Source: a virus
Taxonomy: Duplodnaviria; Caudoviricetes
Length of the DNA stretch: 30,738 bases
Direction: 5' to 3' (one strand)
Virus record (IMG/VR): IMGVR_UViG_3300017722_004285
Coordinates: 1 to 30,738 of that record
Each line of letters begins with the position of its first letter. Position 1 is the stretch's first letter. A model generated the notes under the pieces. That model had not been told where the DNA came from. It was given only the letters and a program-made list of their open reading frames with translations, and did not search any database. Positions 9,043 to 17,744 of this stretch are shown here, in pieces. The position numbers and the translations under genes are program-made.

Positions 9043-9798
9043 TTGCAGAAGACTGTAATTATAGGTAAAGGTAAGGTCGGTGAAGCTACGGCCCAGACCC
9101 TTACTAGCCCAGTAGAGTTTTATGACCCCGCAAAGGGGTACCTTATACACAACTTTCAAGATTTCGATCTTGCTATCGTTTGTGTAGATACTTTACGAAC
9201 ATCCCCCGAAGATCACGAAACCGTTAAGGGTGTCTTGAGCATGCTTCAAGATAAATCGTTTAATGGTGTTGTGGCTATTAGATCTACTGTTAGTCCTAGT
9301 TTTGTTGACTACATGGAATCTACTTACAGCCTCAACGTTGTACTGTTTCCTGAATTTATGAGACAGACGGACGATCTTAAAATGGATACACCGTGGATTG
9401 TCGTTCTGGGTGGTGCACCAGAACATACAGCTCTATTAGACGAGTATCTGTACAAAAATAATTACTACACTGATCCATCCCTCTCCCATCGCGTCTCGGC
9501 TAAAGAAGCAGCTATAATTAAGCTCTGTCAAAATGCTGGTCTAGCAACTAAAGTCATATTTTATAATATGGTTAATGAGTTGTGTGAAAAGTATAATGCA
9601 GATTATGATAAAGTTAGAATCGGGGTTGGAGCAGATCAACGGGTCGGTATTCAATACTCAGTTGTTCCTAGCCCGGATGATGGGCTCAAAGGCTTTAAAG
9701 GCCATTGCTTACCTAAAGACGTAGGGTGTCTGGCAAGTATTGAAACCCATGGTTTCTTTACAAAAATTTTAGAAATTAACAAACAGTTAGGAAGATAA
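9043..9798 (+). CDS. UDP-glucose/GDP-mannose dehydrogenase family protein (lacks C-terminal domain)
   Basis: IIGKGKVG Rossmann motif, IRSTV, PEF, K...N..LATKV.F.N, GF.GHCLPKD catalytic Cys motif. TTG start after AGGAG. Confidence 0.85.
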   Translation: MQKTVIIGKGKVGEATAQTLTSPVEFYDPAKGYLIHNFQDFDLAIVCVDTLRTSPEDHETVKGVLSMLQDKSFNGVVAIRSTVSPSFVDYMESTYSLNVVLFPEFMRQTDDLKMDTPWIVVLGGAPEHTALLDEYLYKNNYYTDPSLSHRVSAKEAAIIKLCQNAGLATKVIFYNMVNELCEKYNADYDKVRIGVGADQRVGIQYSVVPSPDDGLKGFKGHCLPKDVGCLASIETHGFFTKILEINKQLGR

Positions 9799-10656
9799 AT
9801 GTCGAAGATTAAAATAGCCGAATTATTTTACTCTATTCAGGGTGAGGGTCGGTACATGGGTGTTCCCTCAGTATTTTTACGTACATTTGGTTGTAACTTT
9901 AAGTGTGCCGGCTTCGGCATGCCGCGTGGTGAACTGAGTAAAGAGGTTGAAGATATTGCAGAAGTTGTACATATGTTCAATGACTATAAGGAATTACCCC
10001 TTGTAAGCACAGGATGTGATAGTTACGCTAGCTGGCACCCATCGTTTAAAAATTTAAGCCCTATGCTTGAATCTGACGCTATCGTAACACGTATTAAAGA
10101 AATGCTACCGTATAACCAATGGCGGGATGCTCATCTGGTAATTACCGGTGGTGAGCCTTTACTTGGCTGGCAAAGAGCATACCCGGATTTGCTCGAGCAT
10201 AAAGAAATGAGAGACTTGAAAGAAATTACATTTGAGACCAACGGTACGCAAGAACTAACAAAAGAGTTCAAAGAGTATCTAGAAAGATGGGGCTGGGGCC
10301 ATCCAGGCAATCTAGACAGACAAATTACCTTCTCTGTTTCTCCTAAGCTATCAGTGTCTGGGGAAACGTGGGAAGACGCAATTAAGCCCGAAACAGTTGC
10401 AGAATATGAAAATATCGGTTATACTTACCTTAAGTTTGTAATTGCAACCCCAGAGGACGCTGAGGAAGCAGAAAAAGCAACTGCTGCCTATCGTGCCGCC
10501 GGTTTTAGAGGTCACGTATACTTAATGCCTGTAGGGGGTGTTGAATCTGTATACGCTCTTAATAATAGAAACGTAGCTAACCTGGCAATGAAAATGGGTT
10601 ATCGTTATAGTGATCGACTACAGGTTCCTTTATTTAAGAATGAATGGGGTACTTAA
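9799..10656 (+). CDS. queE: 7-carboxy-7-deazaguanine synthase QueE (radical SAM)
   Basis: ELFYSIQGEG...G.PSVFLRTFGCNFKC...GCDS, VITGGEPLL, FETNGT, SVSPKL, LKFVI, YLMP, SDRLQ. Confidence 0.92.
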   Translation: MSKIKIAELFYSIQGEGRYMGVPSVFLRTFGCNFKCAGFGMPRGELSKEVEDIAEVVHMFNDYKELPLVSTGCDSYASWHPSFKNLSPMLESDAIVTRIKEMLPYNQWRDAHLVITGGEPLLGWQRAYPDLLEHKEMRDLKEITFETNGTQELTKEFKEYLERWGWGHPGNLDRQITFSVSPKLSVSGETWEDAIKPETVAEYENIGYTYLKFVIATPEDAEEAEKATAAYRAAGFRGHVYLMPVGGVESVYALNNRNVANLAMKMGYRYSDRLQVPLFKNEWGT

Positions 10657-10826
10657 TGATTGATACTAAAGAAGTAGTATCTTACGAGAGGATTCTAATT
10701 AATCTACTGTTTAGAGCATACCCTTATCTAAAGAAAAGAAGGGATGAAAATCCAGAGCCAGATCTAGTTAATATCGTAGATAAAATAGAAACCTTAATGC
10801 ATATAGAACACGGAGACTTTTCATGA
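10657..10826 (+). CDS. small hypothetical protein
   Basis: ORF filling the queE-folE gap with ATGA coupling to folE. Start uncertain: the internal ATG abutting the queE stop (about 10656) or 10644. Confidence 0.5.
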
Positions 10827-11500
10827 GCTTACAAAAAAATAAATGTGATGCCGAACTTGGCTATAAAATTGAAGAATTCTTAAGAGAGAAAGGCGTACAT
10901 ACGCCCTCCTTAATCGATCCCCTTCTTAAGAAAGACGAATATAAGATTAAGAAGATTGAGAAGTATTTTACTATTGTAATGGAAACCCTAGGGCTTGATC
11001 TTACCGACGACTCACTTATGGATACTCCTAAGAGGGTAGCTAAAATGTACGTCAATGAGATCTTTTGGGGTCTTAAGCCTGAGAACTTCCCTAAATGTAC
11101 CGTTATCGAAAATAAGATGAGGTACGATGAAATGGTAGTCGAAAGAGACATTACAATGATGTCTAACTGCGAACATCACTTTGTAACTATCGACGGTAAG
11201 GCCCATGTGGCATATATTCCTAAAGATAAGGTACTTGGTCTATCTAAACTTAATCGTATCGTAGAATATTTTTCTCGCAGACCTCAGGTACAAGAGCGTA
11301 TTGCCGAGCAAGTATACTGGGCTTTAGTTTATATCTTAGGTACCGAGGATGTCGCGGTAGTAATTGAAGGAGTACATTACTGTGTTAAGTCACGAGGGGT
11401 GGAAGATCATTCATCGTCAACCATTACAGCCAAGCTTGGTGGGTGCTTCCGTAGTGAGCCCGAGGCAAGAGCTGAGTTCATGTCTTTAATTAAGAAGTAA
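10823..11500 (+). CDS. folE: GTP cyclohydrolase I FolE
   Basis: DSL.DTPKRVAKMY, SNCEHH, GLSKLNRIVEYFSRRPQVQER, HYCVKSRGV. Confidence 0.97.
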   Translation: MSLQKNKCDAELGYKIEEFLREKGVHTPSLIDPLLKKDEYKIKKIEKYFTIVMETLGLDLTDDSLMDTPKRVAKMYVNEIFWGLKPENFPKCTVIENKMRYDEMVVERDITMMSNCEHHFVTIDGKAHVAYIPKDKVLGLSKLNRIVEYFSRRPQVQERIAEQVYWALVYILGTEDVAVVIEGVHYCVKSRGVEDHSSSTITAKLGGCFRSEPEARAEFMSLIKK

Positions 11501-11937
11501 TGGTCTGGTACGCTAACTCCCAAGGTCGCTATGGTGCAAGAGGTGCCAAGGGTGACTTGGGAGAATCTATTGTATGTGAATATTGTAAGGTAAATAACAT
11601 TCTTTTTGAAGATAAAAACGATAGAACCAGCCAGGTTGTTCTTAAAATAGATTGCATTATTAATGGTACTCTTGTTGATGTAAAGTCAAACTACTATAAA
11701 GGCCGTCTAGCAGTCGAATTATGGACTAAGAGTAACCAACCGGGCTGGCTTTATAATACCACTGCAGAAGAAATTTATGGGGTAGATGTGGATACTAAAT
11801 CTATCTACCGTTATAATGTTGAAGAAATGAAACAGTATGTTAAAGAAAATAAATCCCACGCTAAAAAGAGTCAAAAAGGTGATGTGTTAATGTGGGTTTC
11901 AGTAGCAAATATATCAATTATTGAACAAATACAATGA
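11500..11937 (+). CDS. PD-(D/E)xK nuclease-like protein
   Basis: G..GE helix, ID, and VDVK motif spacing typical of the restriction-endonuclease-like fold, followed by AVE and GWLY. Confidence 0.6.
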   Translation: MVWYANSQGRYGARGAKGDLGESIVCEYCKVNNILFEDKNDRTSQVVLKIDCIINGTLVDVKSNYYKGRLAVELWTKSNQPGWLYNTTAEEIYGVDVDTKSIYRYNVEEMKQYVKENKSHAKKSQKGDVLMWVSVANISIIEQIQ

Positions 11938-12749
11938 AAATATCCCACGAATCCCCTCTATCGCTACTTGCGACCTCAAGACAATACAACGACTACGATT
12001 ATGCTCTAGTACACCTATTTGAAGAGCTCCCTGATTATTATAAATTTTTTAAAGAATCATTAGAGCAGGGTAGGCATGTAATTTTAGATAACTCTATCTT
12101 CGAGTTAGGTACTGCTTTTGATCCTAAAGAGTACTCTGAATGGATTAAAAAGCTAAAGCCTACAGAATACATTATACCCGATGTATTAGAGGATACTATG
12201 GGTACTATGGATAATGCTCTTGAATGGAAAGAGAAATATCTAGATGAGATGACTATGATAGGTACTAAGTCTATTGGTGTCGTTCAGGGTAAGAGCTATA
12301 ATGAACTTGTTCAATGTTATCAATATCTAGATTCAGTAATAGGTGTTGATAAAATTGCAATCTCGTTTGATTATTCCTATTATCGTGAAGTATGTCCTCA
12401 TCCAAATAAATGGATGGCTTATACACTTGGTCGTGTACAAACTTTAACTAGAATGTTAACTGATGAAATTATTAATAAAGATAAACCTCACCATCTCCTG
12501 GGTTGTGCATTACCTGTTGAGTTTTTCTTCTATCGTGATGGGTTTAATTGGATCGATACTATTGACACGTCCAGTCCTATCGTACATGGTTTGTGTGATG
12601 TTGTCTATGAGCCTGGTGGTATTATTAATAAGCAGTCCATTAAACTCGTCGATCTTATTAATTCCATACCCACTCCTGAGCAGGTAGAAAAGATTAATTG
12701 GAATTTATCGGTGTTTAGATCTTACTGTAACGGGATAGCTGATAAATGA
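11934..12749 (+). CDS. dpdA: TGT-fold deazaguanine transglycosylase (DpdA-like, probably DpdA3 type)
   Basis: ILDNSIFE, IIPDV, GVVQG, HHLLG and IDTSSP correspond to the TGT DSG/D/QG/HxLG/D-S barrel motifs. Embedded among que genes; no C-terminal CxCxxC Zn site. Confidence 0.8.
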   Translation: MKISHESPLSLLATSRQYNDYDYALVHLFEELPDYYKFFKESLEQGRHVILDNSIFELGTAFDPKEYSEWIKKLKPTEYIIPDVLEDTMGTMDNALEWKEKYLDEMTMIGTKSIGVVQGKSYNELVQCYQYLDSVIGVDKIAISFDYSYYREVCPHPNKWMAYTLGRVQTLTRMLTDEIINKDKPHHLLGCALPVEFFFYRDGFNWIDTIDTSSPIVHGLCDVVYEPGGIINKQSIKLVDLINSIPTPEQVEKINWNLSVFRSYCNGIADK

Positions 12750-13288
12750 AGTGGATTGCCTTTTTTAGTCAAACTGGTTCAGAGATTGTAGAGCTATCAA
12801 AGAGTCTAGGCCGCAAGCCCGATCTCTTGGTTACTAATAATTTTGAAGAGAAGATTAAATTCCATCCAGGCGTTCGTAAATTAGATGTTAATATAATGTC
12901 AGCCGAGCATGACTTGGTAATGAATTATTTTCGAAACCAGGTAACGTATAATGTTTCTGAAACCCTTATTAGTCTTCATGGTTACCTACGGATTTTACCA
13001 GCTGATATATGTGAGAGGTATGAAATATATAACGGCCACCCTGGAGCAATTGATCTATATCCTGAGTTAAAGGGTAAAGATCCGCAAGAAAAAGTATGGC
13101 AAGATACTGACAAGTATATTATAATAGGCAGTGTGGTACATAGGTGTACCTCTGAGTTAGATGGTGGTGAAGTTTTAAAGTCTGTACATATACGTAATAG
13201 GAATTGTACTGAAAAAGATTTATATGACTCACTTAAGATGACTTCGCTAGCGGCATGGAATTTCTTTATGAGAGAAAAAGGTTTATGA
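12746..13288 (+). CDS. PurN-like formyltransferase (putative preQ1 formyltransferase, DpdN-like)
   Basis: FSQTGS N-terminal loop, LHGYLRILP, YNGHPG (NxHP), VH.C..ELDGG. ATGA-coupled to the TGT-like gene. Confidence 0.82.
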   Translation: MKWIAFFSQTGSEIVELSKSLGRKPDLLVTNNFEEKIKFHPGVRKLDVNIMSAEHDLVMNYFRNQVTYNVSETLISLHGYLRILPADICERYEIYNGHPGAIDLYPELKGKDPQEKVWQDTDKYIIIGSVVHRCTSELDGGEVLKSVHIRNRNCTEKDLYDSLKMTSLAAWNFFMREKGL

Positions 13289-13818
13289 GAATTGGAATAA
13301 CGGGCGCGCAGTCGGTAGGTAAGACTACTTTACTAAATGCATTGCGTTCGGAGAAGCTATTTAAAGACTACGTTATTTGTGATGAAGTAACTCGTCGGGT
13401 TAAGAGTTATGGCTTACCTATTAATGAGGAAAGTACAAATACTACTCAACGCCTGATTATGAATGAGCATATCTATAATGCTTTTATGTATGAAGATATG
13501 CTGACAGATAGAACTGCCTTGGATGGGTTGGTCTATACGTCTTATCTTTGTGCAAGGGGTAAAGTAGATAATAATACTATGAACCATGTGCGCGATGTAT
13601 TTGCAAAAGTATGGCCGATGTACGATTATGTGTTCTATATTGAACCAGAGTTTGAGATTGTAAATGATGGTGTACGTAGTATTGATCTAGAGTTCAGGGA
13701 TAATATCGCTCGTATCTTTGACACTACAATAGAAAAGAATGAATTGTCTATGCATAGAGTTAAAGGCTCTGTACGTAATAGGGTTAATAAAATTATAGAC
13801 TTTTTAGAAGGAAGATAA
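13285..13818 (+). CDS. P-loop nucleotide kinase-like protein (NadR/Ttd14 AAA_28 / dNMP-kinase-like)
   Basis: GITGAQSVGKTT Walker A, E..R, DRT.LD, YDYVFY..PEF...DG.R. Start at the coupled ATG 13285. Confidence 0.8.
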   Translation: MRIGITGAQSVGKTTLLNALRSEKLFKDYVICDEVTRRVKSYGLPINEESTNTTQRLIMNEHIYNAFMYEDMLTDRTALDGLVYTSYLCARGKVDNNTMNHVRDVFAKVWPMYDYVFYIEPEFEIVNDGVRSIDLEFRDNIARIFDTTIEKNELSMHRVKGSVRNRVNKIIDFLEGR

Positions 13819-14744
13819 TGACAGATATTCAAGCAGAACTTAATAAGATTGTAGGTGTGCATCTTGGTAAAGCCGGTGATGGTACGGCTGTTAAGCCCTA
13901 TGTAACCCCGGATGAGGTAGACCCGTCCTTGCTTGTTGCAGTACCTCGTTACCTAAATCGTACGGCTTATAATATTAATGAAAATGAACTCCCATTTGTT
14001 GGAGTCGATGCGTGGAACGGGTATGAATTTTCTACTCTACTTAAGAACGGGTTCCCTGTATCCGGTTGGTTAAAGTTTACCTATGATGCAGATTCACCTA
14101 ATATTGTAGAATCTAAATCCGTAAAACTTTATCTTAACTCCTACAACATGGCCCGTTTAGCAGATACTACAGATGACATCTGGCTAGTAGAAGATAAAAT
14201 TGCATCTGATCTATCTGAGGTCGTAGGTTCTGAAGTTCAAGTATTTCTTCGTTGGGGTGATATTGATACTGTCAGGCCTATTATTGGTGACTTTACTTCT
14301 TTAGAGCATTACTGCAATATCGGTAAAATGACGTTTGATGAGTATAATGAAAGCCCTGATACTTTACAAGTAGTACCCAGTATCGGTCGATACGAGCGGT
14401 GGCGCTCTTACTCACTACGTTCCAATTGCCGAGTAACTAATCAGCCCGATTGGGGGGATGTGTATGTGCATATCAAAGGCGAAAAGGCTGTTACCCCGGA
14501 GTCATTACTTAAGTATATTGTATCAATGCGTAAAGAGAATCACTTTCATGAAGAGATTGCCGAATGTATTTACAAGCGTCTTTATGACCTTATTCAGCCT
14601 GAGGAGCTTTTGGTTGCATGTCTCTATACTCGGCGCGGTGGCATTGATATTAACCCAGTAAGAGCTTCTGATAACCGAGTAATGAATAAGTATGCATCAA
14701 TTGCAGATGTTACTAACTTTTGTACAAAGACTCCAAGACAATGA
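13818..14744 (+). CDS. queF: NADPH-dependent preQ0 reductase QueF (bimodular type)
   Basis: D.W..YE.S, IVESKSVKLYLNS QueF motif, LRSNCRVTNQPDWG (catalytic Cys/Asp), FHEE, YTRRGGIDINP.R. Confidence 0.95.
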   Translation: MTDIQAELNKIVGVHLGKAGDGTAVKPYVTPDEVDPSLLVAVPRYLNRTAYNINENELPFVGVDAWNGYEFSTLLKNGFPVSGWLKFTYDADSPNIVESKSVKLYLNSYNMARLADTTDDIWLVEDKIASDLSEVVGSEVQVFLRWGDIDTVRPIIGDFTSLEHYCNIGKMTFDEYNESPDTLQVVPSIGRYERWRSYSLRSNCRVTNQPDWGDVYVHIKGEKAVTPESLLKYIVSMRKENHFHEEIAECIYKRLYDLIQPEELLVACLYTRRGGIDINPVRASDNRVMNKYASIADVTNFCTKTPRQ

Positions 14745-14965
14745 CAGTTAAAATTACAGGACCTGATCCTAATGTAAATGAGATATGTAATGAGTTCGAA
14801 TCAAGATCATTACATGGGTTTAAGAAGTACGGAGTTACAACCGAGCGGACTGACTTAGACTTAATGCAATGGATTCAACACTTGAAAGAAGAACTAATGG
14901 ATGCTACAGTCTACATTCATCGTATTCAAAAAGAATTGAAAGAAAAACAAGATGATTTTAAGTGA
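14741..14965 (+). CDS. small all-alpha MazG-like NTP pyrophosphatase-type protein
   Basis: R...G.KKYG and H..EE..DA.VY (EExxD) motifs; coupled to queF and overlapping queC. Confidence 0.55.
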   Translation: MTVKITGPDPNVNEICNEFESRSLHGFKKYGVTTERTDLDLMQWIQHLKEELMDATVYIHRIQKELKEKQDDFK

Positions 14966-15713
14966 AGCACTAAAACTATTACCCGAAACAAAGGGTGTTG
15001 TTGTAATTCTATCTGGTGGTATGGATAGTACTATTACAATGAGGTTGGCAGTAGAAAAGTATGGTAAGGAAAATGTTTCTGCTCTAACCTTTGACTATGG
15101 TCAGAAGCAGAAGCGTGAGATTGATATGGCACGGGCTACAACTCATATGCTAGGGGTCAAGCATAAGATTGTTAATGCATCCTTCTTAGGTGAGATATCA
15201 AAAGGGTTTTCAGCCAACGTTGATACCGATATGAAGATGCCTACCATTAAAGATGTACTTGGGGATCCTCGCCCAAAGACGTATGTACCTAATCGTAATA
15301 TGATCTTGATGTCTATTGCTGCCGCTTTTGCTGAAACTCAAAATGTGGATACTGTTCTTTGTGGATTGCAGGTACATGACGAGTATGGATATCATGATAC
15401 TACTCAAAGGTGGGTTGATAAAGTAAACGATCTACTATCTGAAAATCGTATTATTAAAATTAAACTAGTAGCACCTTTCAGTAAACTATCTAAGTACGAT
15501 GAATTAAATATACTCCGGGAACTTGATGGTAACTTACAGTTGACTCTCTTTACCCTTACATGTTATAATCCTGATGTAGATGGAAAGAGCTGTGGGGTGT
15601 GTCCTAGTTGTTCTGAACGTATCGCTAATTTTGCTAAGATAGGTAAGGCAGATCAAATACTCTACTCTGTAGAAATTCCATGGCAAGACCTAATCAAAAA
15701 AATGGAAGTATAA
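14952..15713 (+). CDS. queC: 7-cyano-7-deazaguanine synthase QueC
   Basis: LSGGMDST PP-loop, FDYGQK...E, TYVPNRN, Y.D, TCY...CGVCPSC.ER Zn site. Confidence 0.96.
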   Translation: MILSEALKLLPETKGVVVILSGGMDSTITMRLAVEKYGKENVSALTFDYGQKQKREIDMARATTHMLGVKHKIVNASFLGEISKGFSANVDTDMKMPTIKDVLGDPRPKTYVPNRNMILMSIAAAFAETQNVDTVLCGLQVHDEYGYHDTTQRWVDKVNDLLSENRIIKIKLVAPFSKLSKYDELNILRELDGNLQLTLFTLTCYNPDVDGKSCGVCPSCSERIANFAKIGKADQILYSVEIPWQDLIKKMEV

Positions 15714-15714
15714 T

Positions 15715-16329
15715 ATGTGCGCTATAACTGCATCATCTGATAAAAATAAATTGGAAGAGCTCTATAAGTTAAATGCTTATAGGGGGGAGCTAAGTTACTC
15801 CCTCTCCTCATTTACGTATAAAGATTTTACAACTAACACTATTAGTTTAAATGTATTGATGCAGGATAATAATAAGATGCCTGAAGGTCTTATTACAAAC
15901 TTACCATTAGATGGGAAGTACTTTATAGCTCACAGCCAGGCGCCTACTACAAGCTCAAAAAATATTCACCCTGCTGCCTTTGGGGATACCATGCTTTGGC
16001 ATAACGGTATAATTAAGCAAAAAAATATAACTGAAGATACCTGGGATACTCAATGGTTGCTGGAACAAATTATAAACTACGGTTGGAGTGTACTATCCAG
16101 AATAGATGGTACCTTTGCCTGTATCATGTATAATAGTGGTGAGTTGTTTGTATTCAGGAACGAAATAGCTCCAATGTTTTACGATAATAATTTAAACTTT
16201 AGTTCAACTAAAATTGAATCTTTCCGCGAGTTACCTCCCAATAAAGTATTTAAGGTAAATTTACCTTATAAGACAATAGAGCCTATTGCATACTTTGACA
16301 CCTTAGAAAACCCATACTACATAATATGA
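15715..16329 (+). CDS. stand-alone class II (Ntn) glutamine amidotransferase
   Basis: N-terminal M-C (Cys2 nucleophile), RG, H...PT, HP, HNG.I and DT motifs. Confidence 0.82.
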   Translation: MCAITASSDKNKLEELYKLNAYRGELSYSLSSFTYKDFTTNTISLNVLMQDNNKMPEGLITNLPLDGKYFIAHSQAPTTSSKNIHPAAFGDTMLWHNGIIKQKNITEDTWDTQWLLEQIINYGWSVLSRIDGTFACIMYNSGELFVFRNEIAPMFYDNNLNFSSTKIESFRELPPNKVFKVNLPYKTIEPIAYFDTLENPYYII

Positions 16330-16490
16330 AACCAACATCAACCTTTAAAATTAGTAAACAATATAAACGTATAGCTGCCTCCTTTATATGTTCCCACGAA
16401 CGGGGGGCATACCTAAGAGCCATGATAAATGCCCAGTTAGAAGAGGAAAGTGCAAGACGTCAACCTTTAAATAAAAAGGATAAACAATGA
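16326..16490 (+). CDS. 54-aa basic hypothetical protein (not in ORF track)
   Basis: MKPTSTFKISKQYKRIAASFICSHERGAYLRAMINAQLEEESARRQPLNKKDKQ; ATGA overlaps at both ends fill the gap exactly. Confidence 0.75.
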   Translation: MKPTSTFKISKQYKRIAASFICSHERGAYLRAMINAQLEEESARRQPLNKKDKQ

Positions 16491-16981
16491 AACACATTGC
16501 AAGCACTAACAGTAAGTCTCAACTAACAAATATTCAAGAAGGAGATGTACAGCCTAATGCTTGTGATGTTCGTTTAGGTAAGGTATTTCAAATTAATAAT
16601 TCTGTATTTGAGGTAACAAATGATTCGAAAAAACATCGTGGTTCTGAAGAAATTTTGCCAGACTTGGAAGGTTTTTATACACTCCAACCTGGAGCGTACG
16701 AGGTTGTTATGGAGAACATCATCCATGTCGGAGAAGGGGAGGCAGGGTGGATTATTACTCGCTCAACTCTTAACCGGAATGGGTGTTATATTACTTCTGG
16801 CCTGTACGACTCTGGCTATCATGGCGCTATGGCCGGTGTACTACATGTTACATGTGGTATTGCGCGCATTAAACAAGGTACACGAATTGGTCAGTACTTA
16901 AGTTTTGATTCCGAAGCCCTACATAATTATAGCGGTGATTATGGTATAGGTAAGGAGCATGATAAGAAGTATGGCACGTAA
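16487..16981 (+). CDS. trimeric dUTPase / dCTP deaminase superfamily protein
   Basis: QPN..DVRL, RSTLNRNG, YDSGYHG, GTRIGQ, Y.G.Y. The deaminase catalytic Glu after DxGYxG is not evident, which favours a pyrophosphatase. Confidence 0.85.
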   Translation: MKHIASTNSKSQLTNIQEGDVQPNACDVRLGKVFQINNSVFEVTNDSKKHRGSEEILPDLEGFYTLQPGAYEVVMENIIHVGEGEAGWIITRSTLNRNGCYITSGLYDSGYHGAMAGVLHVTCGIARIKQGTRIGQYLSFDSEALHNYSGDYGIGKEHDKKYGT

Positions 16982-17732
16982 AGTTCTTAATAAGGCTGTA
17001 CCATTTCAAATACTCCCGGCCTCCGACCCTGTGCTTAAAGAGTATCTAAATTATAACCCCCATCATAACAGATACACTAAGGAACAAAACTACCCTGATC
17101 GGTCGCCGGATGAAACCGATCGCGGGGGATGGCGAGGCTATGATAGAGTGTACACAGAATATCTTTCTTCTCGCAAAGATACAGCTGTAAATTTATTAGA
17201 GGTAGGGGTTTATTATGGCTACGGGGTTCTTGCCTGGCAAAGATATTTTTCACAAGGCAAGATAACAGGAATCGAGTTAATGTATGATTCTCATAAACTG
17301 AAAGAATATGATACTATTCAGAGTAATTATCCAGAGTTCAAAAAAATTAAATTAGATTTTTTTGATTCTACACACCCAGGTCAATGGTTAAGATATCGAG
17401 ATAACTCCTTTGATGTTATTATTGACGACGGTCATCATCACCCCGAGACACAACTAGATACATTTAATAACGCATGGCCGAAGTTAAAGCAAGGTGGGGT
17501 ATATTTTATCGAAGATATATCTCATAAGTATGGTTCCGATATGATAGATAAGATTGATAGATTACTATATAATCTTATTAAGAGTGGACATACAGTAAAC
17601 GTTTATGCTCATGAAAATTTAGGGCTGAAGCATATTTTAGAAACCCTAAAGATAAGAAAAAAGCGCGCTGAGATAGTACCCGATGCACCATTTATATACA
17701 ATGAGTATATTGCTGTAATTAATAAGATATAA
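16971..17732 (+). CDS. class I SAM-dependent methyltransferase (Methyltransf_24-like)
   Basis: LLEVGVYYG, GIE, FDS, FDVIIDDGHH, L..GGVYFIED. Start 16959 or 16971. Confidence 0.85.
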   Translation: MARKVLNKAVPFQILPASDPVLKEYLNYNPHHNRYTKEQNYPDRSPDETDRGGWRGYDRVYTEYLSSRKDTAVNLLEVGVYYGYGVLAWQRYFSQGKITGIELMYDSHKLKEYDTIQSNYPEFKKIKLDFFDSTHPGQWLRYRDNSFDVIIDDGHHHPETQLDTFNNAWPKLKQGGVYFIEDISHKYGSDMIDKIDRLLYNLIKSGHTVNVYAHENLGLKHILETLKIRKKRAEIVPDAPFIYNEYIAVINKI

Positions 17733-17744
17733 CAAAGGAAGTAT

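Noticed and set aside
9799-10656. NrdG anaerobic RNR activase
   Set aside because: The SIQGEG, ETNGT and SPKL motifs and neighbouring folE/queC/queD/queF identify QueE; no nrdD is nearby.
11934-12749. Canonical tRNA-guanine transglycosylase (tgt) for queuosine
   Set aside because: Too short, lacks the Zn-binding motif, and no queA/queG/queH is present in the window; the context fits DpdA-like proteins better.
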